43,841 bases of DNA from Candidatus Peregrinibacteria bacterium (GCA_030618315.1 JAUXDO010000001.1:1-43841); one strand, 5' to 3'; shown: positions 1-9,675, counted from the stretch's first letter. Numbers and translations: made by a program. Notes: generated by a model from the sequence alone, not told the origin.

Positions 1-138
1 GATAAATTAGAAGTTCAACCGGACAATGTAGATGTATTGGAACAGCCAAAGGATAGAAAGATTGCTACATTAATGACGTGTACACCAGTTGGCACAGCAT
101 TACGCAGATTAATCATAAAGGCTGAAGAAATCAGCTAA
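1..138 (+). CDS. Sortase-family transpeptidase, C-terminal fragment (5' end outside window)
   Basis: Frame 1 is open from base 1 to TAA at 136-138. The translation ...KIATLMTCTPVGTALRRLIIKAEEIS has the sortase TLxTC catalytic-Cys motif followed by the conserved Arg. Confidence 0.55.
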   Translation, partial: DKLEVQPDNVDVLEQPKDRKIATLMTCTPVGTALRRLIIKAEEIS

Positions 139-169
139 TAAGTAATTATACCTATTTGAACAAATAATA

Positions 170-193
170 CCCGTACAAGATACATTGTACGGG
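170..193 (+). terminator. Short GC hairpin after the sortase stop (cccgtaca / tgtacggg)
   Basis: 8-bp perfect stem at 170-177 / 186-193, followed by ATTT. The U-tract is weak. Confidence 0.4.
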
Positions 194-220
194 ATTTAAG
201 ATTGAACTTAAACTTCCCTA

Positions 221-310
221 TTTCTGATTTCGGATTTCAGATTTGTGATTCCTATTCCAGATTCTGAAATGTAACATGTTAATCTGAAATCAGAATTCAG
301 AAATCAGAAA
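221..310. repeat. Heptad-periodic palindrome, 'tgaaatc/cagaaat' family copy 1
   Basis: Arms 221-248 (tttctgatttcggatttcagatttgtga) and 283-310 (tctgaaatcagaattcagaaatcagaaa) are imperfectly complementary. It lies between the convergent sortase and ftsA genes. The arms resemble those at 31411-31583 and 36567-36704. Confidence 0.75.
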
Positions 311-313
311 TAA

Positions 314-1552
314 TTAAACTTTCATTATTCCGATAACTTTTCTAAGTGCTTTCTGAATTACAGTCTCGTCCCCTGCCAAATCAATACCCAAATTTACAAG
401 AGCTAGTGGTGTAATGTCCTGTTGATCTTTAACTTTTTTAGTTTCATCGATTATGTTGCCAAGGTCATTTGGATGAATAAAGCTCGCTTGAGGAGTGCGT
501 GCAAAATGTAGTTTTTTATACCATTTTGTGTTATTCAGAGCATCTTTTATCTCAGGTAAATGTGTTCCGCCCCCGCAAAGCAGTATTTTGGATGGAAGAA
601 CGTCGAGATCTTTAAATTCAGAAAGAGCAAGTATTACACCTTCAATCCAAATTTCTGTGTCGTCTTTAATAATATCACTGATTATTTTTTTGGATTTCTG
701 CTCCAGCTTATCCGCGGTATATGAGATCTTAAGTTTTTCGGCTTCCTGAAATGAAATATTCAATTCTACAGCTAATCTTTTTGTAAATGTCCTTCCTCCG
801 ATTGCATACATTTTTGTACCCACGACTGATCCATTTGATACTACAGCAATGTCTGTTGTTCCTCCGCCTACATCAATAAATATAGCTGACATACTTCCGC
901 CGTCCTCAAAATCAAGACATCTGGAAAGTGCGTATGGTTCTGAAATAATACTGAGTAAATCAAGTTCCAGTTCATCTGCAATACTTTGTAATGCGCTGAA
1001 GTGAACTAGTGGGGCAAATGAGTTAAATATTGACATCTGAACTTCCTTACCCTGAAAACCGAGCGGATTGGTGACTTTGTAACCATCAATTTTTACATCT
1101 ACTATCGCGGTATTAACAAGCTTTACATCTATTTCAGGATAACCTGTTTCTTCACTTAATTGTTTCCTTACTTCAGCGAAAGCTCGCCATTGCAGTTTGT
1201 GAACAATGTTTCGCAATTCTGATAGATTGATTTTCGCGTCGTGCTCATCTCTTTTATATTTGATTGTAGATGTGGCTCCTTTTACAAATTCACCGGCTAT
1301 ACCCATTACCATTTGTGTCGGCTGTAATTCGGCCTCATGGGCAGCCAATCTGATAGCTTCTTTGCAGTTATGTACAACACTCGCAATATCGGTTACAACA
1401 CCGTTTTGGATATCCCCCAATCTCTGACGTATTTTACCAAGCCCGCGAACAGCTGCACGTTTACCGATTATCTCCCCTCCCGCACTTTGCTTTTCTTCAA
1501 TTGTAAAAACCGCAGCTTTTACGATTTCGGTTCCAATGTCCAGTGCGAGAAT
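314..1552 (-). CDS. ftsA: Cell division protein FtsA (actin-like ATPase); proposed non-canonical ATT start
   Basis: The track ORF 314..1420 starts at a TTG. The same frame stays open up to 1657 and encodes ...ILALDIGTEIVKAAV (phosphate-1 DIGT motif) upstream of that TTG. There is no in-frame ATG/GTG/TTG between 1423 and 1657. AAGGAG (1559-1564) lies 6 nt before an in-frame ATT (1550-1552). A second actin-fold motif, DVGGGTTD, is present. Confidence 0.75.
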   Translation of the reverse strand: MLALDIGTEIVKAAVFTIEEKQSAGGEIIGKRAAVRGLGKIRQRLGDIQNGVVTDIASVVHNCKEAIRLAAHEAELQPTQMVMGIAGEFVKGATSTIKYKRDEHDAKINLSELRNIVHKLQWRAFAEVRKQLSEETGYPEIDVKLVNTAIVDVKIDGYKVTNPLGFQGKEVQMSIFNSFAPLVHFSALQSIADELELDLLSIISEPYALSRCLDFEDGGSMSAIFIDVGGGTTDIAVVSNGSVVGTKMYAIGGRTFTKRLAVELNISFQEAEKLKISYTADKLEQKSKKIISDIIKDDTEIWIEGVILALSEFKDLDVLPSKILLCGGGTHLPEIKDALNNTKWYKKLHFARTPQASFIHPNDLGNIIDETKKVKDQQDITPLALVNLGIDLAGDETVIQKALRKVIGIMKV

Positions 1553-1580
1553 TGCCTGCTCCTTTGGTTTGCGTTTAAAT

Positions 1581-1617
1581 AGATTGAAGATTGAAGATTG
1601 AAAATTAAAGATTAAAG
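1581..1617. repeat. Tandem heptamer array (agattga x3, aaattaa, agattaa)
   Basis: Direct 7-nt periodicity with no local complementary arm. The same unit recurs at 7349-7380. Both arrays sit just upstream of minus-strand gene starts (ftsA, glyA). Confidence 0.7.
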
Positions 1618-2127
1618 CTCCTGCAGTAATTCCAGGTAATATTTCTTCTCGAAATCCTTATGACTGTAGCCCAATTTCTTAAACATATCAACAAGTTCCT
1701 TCTTAGTTTTTGGAATCTGACTTTTACTCTTTACCACCCTTTCAATCTCTAGAAAGTAACCAAGTCTTGGTATATGATTGAGCTCAATTATAAAGCCATC
1801 TAAACTATATAATTCACTGTTTTTGGTTTTTCTGATTGTCTGGAAAATCTCACATTTTTTCAGCAATTCTTTCCATTTTTTTTCATCTTTAATTTTCCAT
1901 TCAATTTCTGTATTTAACTCAATGCCTTTTTTACAGCCTTTATCTTTTATGTTAAATATGATTTCATTATTTTGCTTTCTGATTCTAATGAAATGTTTTT
2001 TAGGATTATTGTGATATATGTCTGATTTTTTAATTTTTCCTTCAAACTTAGCTGTCTTTTTAAGCTCTTTTTGAAGCCTACAAAAATCCCTTTTATTTAT
2101 AGCCACTTTGGCCTCGATTTCGTACAT
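1612..2127 (-). CDS. CYTH-domain protein (triphosphate tunnel metalloenzyme / class IV adenylyl cyclase-like)
   Basis: The N-terminus MYEIEAKV carries the ExExK CYTH signature. Size is about 170 aa and the composition is basic and beta-rich. Confidence 0.65.
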   Translation of the reverse strand: MYEIEAKVAINKRDFCRLQKELKKTAKFEGKIKKSDIYHNNPKKHFIRIRKQNNEIIFNIKDKGCKKGIELNTEIEWKIKDEKKWKELLKKCEIFQTIRKTKNSELYSLDGFIIELNHIPRLGYFLEIERVVKSKSQIPKTKKELVDMFKKLGYSHKDFEKKYYLELLQEL

Positions 2128-2134
2128 ATTTCCA

Positions 2135-2230
2135 ATTGTGGTCCAAGTTGTGGCTCAGGTTGTGGCTCAGGGTTGTGGTTCACCATTTGAGCCACCATTT
2201 GAGCCACGCGAAGTGGAGCCACTATTGGAA
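2135..2230. repeat. 12-nt-periodic palindrome between purA and the CYTH gene
   Basis: gttgtggctcag occurs twice in perfect tandem (2147-2170), with degenerate flanking copies. ccatttgagcca occurs twice in perfect tandem (2183-2206). tggctca pairs with tgagcca in each unit. Confidence 0.75.
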
Positions 2231-3547
2231 CTATTTATAAATCATATCTGCCCGATGTACCCCAACTCCTATAAAATTGATAGGTACCTCAAGAAGTTCT
2301 TCTAATTTATTAACGTAATTCTGAGCATTTTTAGGAAGGTCCTCAAATTTTGTTACTTCACCAATGTCTTCATGCCACCCTGGCATTTCTTCATACAGAA
2401 CTTCAACATTTTCAAAGTCTTCAAGGCTTGAAGGAATAAAATTGATTGTCTCTCCATTCAATTTGTATTCAACCCCGATTCTGATTGTTTCAAGCCCTGT
2501 AAGCACATCAAGTTTTGTCAGATTAACACTGGTAGTTCCGTTCAAAACATTGGCGTTTTTAACGACGGTTGTGTCAAACCATCCACATCTTCTTGGTCTT
2601 CCGGTAGTGGAACCGAATTCACCTCCCTGGTCACGAATTTTTTTTCCTAATTCATCGGTGAGCTCAGTTGGAAAAGGCCCTGCTCCGACTCTTGTTGTGT
2701 AAGACTTTGTGATACCAATAACTGTATTAAGTTTATTAGGAGCAATACCTAGTCCGGTTGCTACACCGCCACTTGTAGTGCTGGATGAAGTGACGAATGG
2801 ATAAGTTCCATGGTCAATGTCCAAGTGAGCTCCTTGCGCTCCTTCTGCCAGAATTGTTTTACCTTTTTTGTAGATATTATCGAGGTATTCTGTAGTGTTT
2901 ACTATCATAGAATCGATAATCTCCAATGCGTCTTTATGTATATTGATTTCTTTTTCTATATCAAATTCAAAACCATATTCTTTCATGTGAAATTCAGCAT
3001 TTTTTCTCAGTTTTTCTGCAAATGAACCAAAATTTTTCAGTTCGCCCATTCTAATACCTCTTCGTGAGGTTTTATCTGTATATGCAGGTCCAATACCTTT
3101 TAATGTTGTTCCAACTTTATTATCACCTTTTCTCTCCTCCTGAATCCTATCTATCTCTCTGTGATAATTAAGAATAATATGTGCTCTATCGCTAAGAAGT
3201 AGTCTTCCTGTTAAATCAATCCCCTTCTCTTTCAACTCATGGATTTCATCCAGAAGAGCTGGAATGTGAACAACAAGCCCATTCCCAATTATACAAATTT
3301 TGTCTTCATGTAATACTCCAGATGGAAGAAGATGAAAGACAAATTTCTTAGATTCACCATCTTTATTAACACAGATTGTATGTCCGGCATTTGCTCCACC
3401 TGCTGCGCGAGCCACAACGTCATATTTTTGGGATAAAATGTCCACAAGCTTTCCTTTTCCTTCATCTCCCCATTGGGTTCCGGCAATGTAAATAACCTGA
3501 CCGAGTACATCTATTGCTTCGTCGGCATTTTTGATTGAAATTGGCAT
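2231..3547 (-). CDS. purA: Adenylosuccinate synthetase
   Basis: 438 aa with the QWGDEGKGK P-loop, GIGPAY and TTRVGAGPFPTE motifs typical of PurA. Confidence 0.95.
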   Translation of the reverse strand: MPISIKNADEAIDVLGQVIYIAGTQWGDEGKGKLVDILSQKYDVVARAAGGANAGHTICVNKDGESKKFVFHLLPSGVLHEDKICIIGNGLVVHIPALLDEIHELKEKGIDLTGRLLLSDRAHIILNYHREIDRIQEERKGDNKVGTTLKGIGPAYTDKTSRRGIRMGELKNFGSFAEKLRKNAEFHMKEYGFEFDIEKEINIHKDALEIIDSMIVNTTEYLDNIYKKGKTILAEGAQGAHLDIDHGTYPFVTSSSTTSGGVATGLGIAPNKLNTVIGITKSYTTRVGAGPFPTELTDELGKKIRDQGGEFGSTTGRPRRCGWFDTTVVKNANVLNGTTSVNLTKLDVLTGLETIRIGVEYKLNGETINFIPSSLEDFENVEVLYEEMPGWHEDIGEVTKFEDLPKNAQNYVNKLEELLEVPINFIGVGVHRADMIYK

Positions 3548-3618
3548 TTGATTAGTGGTTATAGGGCTTTATTAATTTATCAGATTAATGCTGGGTTTTC
3601 AACCTTAATAAATACTCA

Positions 3619-3646
3619 GTAGGGACGCGCCATGGCACGTCCCTAC
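3619..3646. repeat. REP-like GC-rich palindrome GTAGGGACG-N10-CGTCCCTAC
   Basis: gtagggacgcgccatggcacgtccctac. The same 9-nt outer stem recurs at 9676-9704. Confidence 0.75.
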
Positions 3647-3701
3647 GTTGGTGAATAATCACTTAATCGCATTGATCAGAATCCAGACAATAAAATAGGC
3701 A

Positions 3702-4268
3702 TTACTGGTTCAAAAACTTCTTCAATAAATCAATCGGTAATCCCACAACATTCCAATAACAGCCTTCCACCTTATCAATCCACTTCCCTCCCCTTCCCTC
3801 GATTGTCATTGAGCCAGATCTGTCTTTCCATTCTCCGGAATCAAGATATTCTTCGATTTGTTCATCTGTAAAATCTGAAAAAATCAATCTTGTCTTTTCG
3901 TAGTCGACTATTTTTTTGTTGAGTGATTTATTTACAAATGCCAAACCCGAATATACATCGCAATGAGAGTTTCGATATAAGTTGATAGTTTTTTTTGCAT
4001 CATCTCTGTTTTTTGGTTTAATCGAGATGGTTCCATTTGAAAGTATCACAATAGTATCGCATCCAATAATCCATTGATTCGGATGTTTTTTAGCGATGGA
4101 TTCTGCTTTGCGAAGCGCTATTGATTTAACAATCGCATGTGGCTTTGTGTATCCGCTATGGTGTTCGTCTATGTGAGCCGGAACAGCTTTAAAATCGATA
4201 CCCAGTTTCTTTAAAATCGTTTTTCGCTGAGGACTTTGTGATGCTAATATTATTGTTGAACTTGTCAT
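3702..4268 (-). CDS. maf: Maf-like nucleoside triphosphate pyrophosphatase
   Basis: 188 aa. IILASQSPQRKTILKKLGIDF at the N-terminus and GAYGIQ-type C-terminal region are typical of Maf/YhdE. Confidence 0.85.
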   Translation of the reverse strand: MTSSTIILASQSPQRKTILKKLGIDFKAVPAHIDEHHSGYTKPHAIVKSIALRKAESIAKKHPNQWIIGCDTIVILSNGTISIKPKNRDDAKKTINLYRNSHCDVYSGLAFVNKSLNKKIVDYEKTRLIFSDFTDEQIEEYLDSGEWKDRSGSMTIEGRGGKWIDKVEGCYWNVVGLPIDLLKKFLNQ

Positions 4269-4286
4269 TGTTTTACCTTACTTGTT

Positions 4287-4361
4287 AATAGCGGTTAGCG
4301 ACTAGCGGATAGCGGTTAGCTTATAAGGCTATTTTCTAGTCGCTAGCTACTAACCGCTATT
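4287..4361. repeat. 'tagcgg' palindromic element, copy 1 (75 nt)
   Basis: Left arm aatagcggttagcgactagcggatagcggttagc (7-nt tagcgNN units). Right arm ctagtcgctagctactaaccgctatt. It aligns end to end with 7381-7455, with most positions identical. Confidence 0.8.
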
Positions 4362-4366
4362 AAGTA

Positions 4367-6052
4367 TTATCTCATCCGACCGATCTCAACAATAGCTCTA
4401 TCTAATTGCTCATCTTTTGTAGTACTGGATGGATTTGCAATTTTTATATCAGGGATTATTCCATTTTCTTCAATATCCTGTTTTAGAGGCGTAAGCCATT
4501 TAGCTACAGTTAATTTGAGACTTGAGTTATCCACAAAATAATTAACCTCCTGAACAGAGCCTTTTCCAAAACTTGTTTCACCGACTATTTTTGCAATTCC
4601 AAAATCCTGAAGAGCACCGGCTACTATTTCAGATGCAGACGCGCTATTCTCGTTAATAAGTATCACAATCGGATAGTCAGAAAGTTCACCGTCACCAGTA
4701 CTGTATTGAGCATATTTGAAGTAATTGTATTGGATAGTTACAGATTCAGCTCCGGGTTTTAGCATGAAATCCAATATCTGTAACGCTGAATCGAGGAGAC
4801 CGCCCGGATTATCACGTACATCGATTATCAGATCTGTGATATTTGTATTGTTCTGAATGATTTCAACTACTTCTCTGAATTCACCTGGTGCATTCTGATT
4901 AAAATGTGAAAGTCCTATATACATAGTTTTTCCATTGTTTATTACTTCATATTCAATAGAACCTATTCTAATAACGTCACGAACAACATCAATAATCCTT
5001 GTACCGCCATTCCTCTTTATTGTGAGTTCAACAGTAGTTCCTTTTGGCCCCTTGATTAGATTAACTGCTTCGTAAAGAGTTTTGTCGCTAATATCAACAT
5101 CATCTACTTTTAGAATAATATCACCTGGCATAATACCTGCTCTTTCTGCCGGACTATCCGCAATCGGAGCTATGATTGCGAGCTGATTATTATCATTTAT
5201 TCCGATAAATGCTCCGATTCCCTCAATTTCACCGTCAAGGTCATCAGAGAATGCTGAGTTTTCTTCAGGATCTAAATAGGCTGAATATGGATCATTCAGT
5301 ATTTCTACCATCGCATTTATTGCCGCATCAGACATTTCCGATTGACTAAGTTCATCTCTATCTATGTAGCCAGAATTGATAATCTCCCAAGAACTTACAA
5401 TCTTTTGAAGATATAGGTCGAATTCCTGCTGAGTAGTTGTACTAGGTGAATCCAAATTTACCAAATCCATTTTGTAGATGATCATTGCTGCCTCAGCCCT
5501 TGCTACTCTTCTGTACATTCCTACATAGTCAGACTTCTGAGGTTCAATTAAACCTAAACTTAACGCTCGCATAATCAATGGAGCAAATGTTGTGTTTCTC
5601 TCGACATCAAGATACGGGATGCTCCCCTTGTATACTTTTGGGATAGGAATACTTTGTGAGTGAAAAACCAATTGTAACGCATTTATTAAAGTTAGTTTTT
5701 TGTATGGCTCCATTTTTGGTTCACGATCGGATATAATGCCTAACCTGATAGCTTCGGCGAAATAAGGTGCATACCAAGCATTATCCATTGTGTCTTCATA
5801 TGGAAGGCTGACACTTGAACCTGTTGTAAATTTAGGACTGTTTAATAATACTAAATATTTGATAAATTCAGCCTTTGAGATGATTATATCCGGATTGAAA
5901 TTCGTAGTATTTTTAAATACATCATTTCTTCTTAAATATTCAATCGCATAGAAATATTCTGATTCATTTGGAATATCGTCATATGCGTAAACTGCTTGAA
6001 ATGTTGTCAGTGCGAATATTGATAATATAATTGATGTTAGGAGTTTTTTCAT
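4367..6052 (-). CDS. S41-family C-terminal processing peptidase with signal peptide and N-terminal SLH-like repeats
   Basis: Signal-like N-terminus, a PDZ segment (GIMPGDIILKVDDVDI), and the S41 catalytic region NENSASASEIVAGALQD...GETSFGKGSVQ. Confidence 0.85.
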   Translation of the reverse strand: MKKLLTSIILSIFALTTFQAVYAYDDIPNESEYFYAIEYLRRNDVFKNTTNFNPDIIISKAEFIKYLVLLNSPKFTTGSSVSLPYEDTMDNAWYAPYFAEAIRLGIISDREPKMEPYKKLTLINALQLVFHSQSIPIPKVYKGSIPYLDVERNTTFAPLIMRALSLGLIEPQKSDYVGMYRRVARAEAAMIIYKMDLVNLDSPSTTTQQEFDLYLQKIVSSWEIINSGYIDRDELSQSEMSDAAINAMVEILNDPYSAYLDPEENSAFSDDLDGEIEGIGAFIGINDNNQLAIIAPIADSPAERAGIMPGDIILKVDDVDISDKTLYEAVNLIKGPKGTTVELTIKRNGGTRIIDVVRDVIRIGSIEYEVINNGKTMYIGLSHFNQNAPGEFREVVEIIQNNTNITDLIIDVRDNPGGLLDSALQILDFMLKPGAESVTIQYNYFKYAQYSTGDGELSDYPIVILINENSASASEIVAGALQDFGIAKIVGETSFGKGSVQEVNYFVDNSSLKLTVAKWLTPLKQDIEENGIIPDIKIANPSSTTKDEQLDRAIVEIGRMR

Positions 6053-6091
6053 GGGTTATAAACGTTATGACGTCACTACGTGGTTAGTTAA

Positions 6092-7339
6092 TTATAATTT
6101 TATTCCCGGTACAGGAAATTTCAAACACATTTCTTTTACCTCATTTTTTATTTGAGAAAGAGCTGATTCATCGCTTACATTGCTGATTGTTCGATCAATC
6201 CAATCTGCGATTTTTTCCATTTCAGGCTCTTTCATACCTCTTGTAGTAATGGCAGGAGTACCAAGACGGATTCCTGATGGGTCAAATGGTGAACGTGGAT
6301 CATCCGGCACTGTGTTTTTATTAAGAGTAATGCCGACTGAATCTAATGCAACCTGAGCATCTTTACCAGGCATACCTTTGTTTGTCAGGTCTGCCAGAAT
6401 AAGATGAGTGTCTGTTCCATCTGAAACAAGTTTAAAATCACGTTTTTTCATCTCTTCTGCCAGATGATGTGCATTTTTTCTGATCTGATTCGCATATTCT
6501 CTGAATTCAGGTTTTAATGCTTCTCCAAAGGCGATAGCCTTACCGGCAATTGCATTTTCATGAGGACCGCCTTGCAATCCTGGAAAAACCGCTCTGTCGA
6601 TATCCTTTGCAAATTTTTCCTTACACATGATTATTGCACCTCTTGGTCCTCTTAGTGTTTTATGAGTTGTTGTCATAATCACGTCAAAAAACGGAACAGG
6701 AGATTCAAGTGCTTTACCGGCTATCAGACCAGCTGTATGTGAAATATCAGCAAATGAAATCGCTCCGACTTCATCAGCAATTTCTTTAAAAGCTTTCCAG
6801 TCAATATCGCGGGGATATGCTGTGTAACCGGCGACAATCATTTTCGGTTTTTGTTCAAGTGCCATTTTTCTGACTTCATCCATATCAATTATTCCAGTTT
6901 CCGGATTTACACCGTATTGAACAAAATTATAAGCCTTACCTGAATATGCGATTGGCAGACCGTGTGTAATATGTCCGCCATGGTCCAATTTAAGCCCCAT
7001 TACTGTGTCTCCAAATTCAAGCAATGCAAAATAGATAGCAGTATTTGCCGGTGAACCGGAATAAGGCTGAACATTTACATGCTCTGCTCCAAATAACTCT
7101 TTAGCCCTATCAATTGCCATATTTTCGATAATATCTACATTCTCCTGTCCTCCATAATATCGCTTACCCGGATAGCCTTCTGAATATTTATTAGTAAGAA
7201 TCGAACCATTTGCCTCAAGCACTGCCTGAGAAACGTAGTTTTCAGATGGAATTAATTCAATACCTTCCTGCTGACGCTTTGCTTCGCTGATCATTGATTT
7301 ATGAACGTCAGGATCCTGTTCTTTTATTGCTTCGTACAT
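6092..7339 (-). CDS. glyA: Serine hydroxymethyltransferase
   Basis: 415 aa with [18 protein letters not shown] and the PLP-lysine region [12 protein letters not shown]. Confidence 0.95.
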   Translation of the reverse strand: MYEAIKEQDPDVHKSMISEAKRQQEGIELIPSENYVSQAVLEANGSILTNKYSEGYPGKRYYGGQENVDIIENMAIDRAKELFGAEHVNVQPYSGSPANTAIYFALLEFGDTVMGLKLDHGGHITHGLPIAYSGKAYNFVQYGVNPETGIIDMDEVRKMALEQKPKMIVAGYTAYPRDIDWKAFKEIADEVGAISFADISHTAGLIAGKALESPVPFFDVIMTTTHKTLRGPRGAIIMCKEKFAKDIDRAVFPGLQGGPHENAIAGKAIAFGEALKPEFREYANQIRKNAHHLAEEMKKRDFKLVSDGTDTHLILADLTNKGMPGKDAQVALDSVGITLNKNTVPDDPRSPFDPSGIRLGTPAITTRGMKEPEMEKIADWIDRTISNVSDESALSQIKNEVKEMCLKFPVPGIKL

Positions 7340-7348
7340 AATTTTTTT

Positions 7349-7455
7349 ATTAAAGATTGAAGATTAAAGATTGAAGATTAAATAGCGGTTAGCGACTAGC
7401 GACTAGCAGTTAGCTTATGAAGCTATTCACTAATCGATAACTACTAATCGCTATT
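7349..7455. repeat. Heptamer array (gattgaa/gattaaa, 7349-7380) plus 'tagcgg' palindromic element copy 2 (7381-7455)
   Basis: 7381-7455, aatagcggttagcgactagcgactagcagttagc...actaatcgataactactaatcgctatt, is colinear with 4287-4361. The array matches the 1581-1617 unit. Confidence 0.8.
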
Positions 7456-7471
7456 TATTAGTTTTCAATTT

Positions 7472-8038
7472 TTAATCACAGTTATATACTTGTTTGTCAG
7501 TAATTATAATATTTACTGATTCATCATACTGGTCTTTTGGAATTGATTCAAGCATCTGTTCCTCAAAAGCTAGGGCGATTCTTGGAACTTGAGGAAGTTT
7601 GGACAAATAGCGGTCATAGTACCCCTTTCCCATTCCTATGCGATTCCCATTTTCGTCAAATCCAACCCCCGGAACAATAATCAAATCTAGCTTGTTTTCA
7701 TATTTCATCTCATCCTCTAGTCTGATTATTGGCTCCGGAATACTGAATGAACCTTTTTCTAAAGTATCAAAATTATGAAAAGGGAGTGCGATGAATTTAT
7801 TTTTACCAATCAGTTTTGGTAAATAAATATTTTTCTTTTTTACATACCTGTTAACAAGAGGAATTGTATCTACCTCACTTCCATATGAGTAATAAAACAA
7901 AATGTGCTCTGCGTTCTGAAAAATCTGCAGTTCCTCCAGCCTATCACTTATTTCCTTGCTTTTTTGAGCACGTACGACTGACGGAATTGAATTTCTTATT
8001 TCGAGGGCCTTTGACCTAATTTCTTTTTTATCGGACAT
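7472..8038 (-). CDS. 5-formyltetrahydrofolate cyclo-ligase
   Basis: 188 aa. The IVPGVGFDENGNRIGMGKGYYDRYL motif is characteristic of MTHFS/YgfA. It sits next to glyA (folate context). Confidence 0.8.
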   Translation of the reverse strand: MSDKKEIRSKALEIRNSIPSVVRAQKSKEISDRLEELQIFQNAEHILFYYSYGSEVDTIPLVNRYVKKKNIYLPKLIGKNKFIALPFHNFDTLEKGSFSIPEPIIRLEDEMKYENKLDLIIVPGVGFDENGNRIGMGKGYYDRYLSKLPQVPRIALAFEEQMLESIPKDQYDESVNIIITDKQVYNCD

Positions 8039-8042
8039 ATTT

Positions 8043-8113
8043 GTAATTAGTAATTAGTAAATAGTAATTTAAACTGTAAAACTGTAATAATTACAAATTA
8101 CCAATTACTAATT
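8043..8113. repeat. Heptad-periodic palindrome (gtaatta units) overlapping the dnaX stop
   Basis: Left arm 8043-8070, gtaattagtaattagtaaatagtaattt. Right arm up to 8113, ...ttaccaattactaatt. The dnaX TAG stop is at 8108-8110, inside the right arm. Confidence 0.7.
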
Positions 8114-9598
8114 TCCAAAAACCTCTTTAGCCATTTCAGCCATATTGGAATCGTTAACATTTTCATCTTTTTTTAGAACTGTGTTTAGGGAAACTTTTTT
8201 CGTTTCGAGTTTTAAATTAATCTTATTACCAAGAACTGTTTCAAATGCCTTCTGCACAACAGCCTGATTTGAAGAATTGGCAATCTTATCCATAAATGTA
8301 CTTGAATTGAAAGAGAGATACAGCGTTCCATTTTCAAATTTAACAGGTTCGCTATCTACAAAAGACATTCGAACAAATGGTGTTTCAATATTATCGATTA
8401 TCCTCTGCCAATTCTCTTTAAATTCGTTTAAATCAAGTTCTGAAATTTCTTTGTTTTCAGCGCTCTCATCAGATTCAGAAGATTTGTCCGGTTTGATTTC
8501 AACTGCTTCAGGCTTCTGAACATTTTTTTCAACCTTTACCTGTTTTGCTTCAGTCTTTACTTCTGGCGACTCTATATTCCCTGATGTTCCAAAATTACAT
8601 GCTTTAACAACTGCAATCTCCAGTGCCAGTTGCGGAATTATTGCCTGAGTTATTTTTATCTTTGCATCTGAGAATATTTCAATAAATCCTATAACAGTCT
8701 GAACTTCTTCACTATTTGTTAGATTTATAAGCATCTGCTCTCTTAAATATGCAATTATATCTGTTGTAAATTGCTGAAGGCTATGCCCCTGGGCGTTAAT
8801 TTGATTAAGGATTTCAATTGCCTTTAGTGGCTTTCTTTGGAGTAGGCACTGGAAGAATTGTTCAACGTGAATCTGCCCCCCAAGGCCTAAGTTTTCAGCG
8901 ACTTTCTCATACTGTACAACTCCGTCCATTGTCATTTGCTCAAATAGACCTATTGCATCTCTTAGTCCCCCATTGGCGATTTTTCCTATCAGATTAAGTG
9001 CCTCTACATCTGCTTTTACATTTTCCTGCTCTGCAATTTCTTCCAGTCTTTTTACAATAGTGCTCTGATTGATGCGTTTGAAATTAAACTGCTGACACCT
9101 CGAAATAATCGTCTCAGGAATTTTGTGTACTTCTGTTGTAGCTAATATGAAATATGCGTGTGATGGCGGTTCTTCAAGTGTTTTTAAAAGTGCATTAAAC
9201 GCTTCTTTTGTCAGCATATGCACTTCATCAATGATGTAGACTTTAGATCTAGCCTGAGATGGCGCGAATACTATTTTTTCTCTGAGTTCCCGTATTTCAT
9301 CAATTCCTCTGTTACTTGCGGCATCAATTTCAATCAAATCAACAAGACGACCATTATTTATACCATCACAAATCTCACATTCATTACATGGTTCAAAATC
9401 ACTGGTCAGATTTGTACAATTTAGTGCTTTGGCAACAATGCGGGCTAATGATGTTTTACCCGTACCCCTTGGGCCGGAAAAAAGATAGGCATGCGTCATT
9501 GCATTATGCTTAAGAGCGTTCTGCAAAGTTGTAATCGCATGATCCTGGCCTACGAGGTTTTTAAAGTTAAATGGTCTGTATTTTAGATAAAGTGACAT
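8108..9598 (-). CDS. dnaX: DNA polymerase III subunit gamma/tau
   Basis: Walker A GPRGTGKTS, a zinc module CNECEICDG, the DEVHML box and SRCQ sensor motif. Confidence 0.9.
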   Translation of the reverse strand: MSLYLKYRPFNFKNLVGQDHAITTLQNALKHNAMTHAYLFSGPRGTGKTSLARIVAKALNCTNLTSDFEPCNECEICDGINNGRLVDLIEIDAASNRGIDEIRELREKIVFAPSQARSKVYIIDEVHMLTKEAFNALLKTLEEPPSHAYFILATTEVHKIPETIISRCQQFNFKRINQSTIVKRLEEIAEQENVKADVEALNLIGKIANGGLRDAIGLFEQMTMDGVVQYEKVAENLGLGGQIHVEQFFQCLLQRKPLKAIEILNQINAQGHSLQQFTTDIIAYLREQMLINLTNSEEVQTVIGFIEIFSDAKIKITQAIIPQLALEIAVVKACNFGTSGNIESPEVKTEAKQVKVEKNVQKPEAVEIKPDKSSESDESAENKEISELDLNEFKENWQRIIDNIETPFVRMSFVDSEPVKFENGTLYLSFNSSTFMDKIANSSNQAVVQKAFETVLGNKINLKLETKKVSLNTVLKKDENVNDSNMAEMAKEVFGN

Positions 9599-9675
9599 TC
9601 TTAATGATTATGAATTATCTTAGGAATTGAATTATATATAAATAACCATCATTAATCCAGATTAATAATTCTATC

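Noticed and set aside
8167-8176. A-rich slippery run (CTAAAAAAAG on the coding strand) as a dnaX programmed -1 frameshift site
   Set aside because: It lies about 20 codons from the C-terminus, not at the domain III/IV boundary where a gamma subunit would be produced. No downstream stem-loop is evident.
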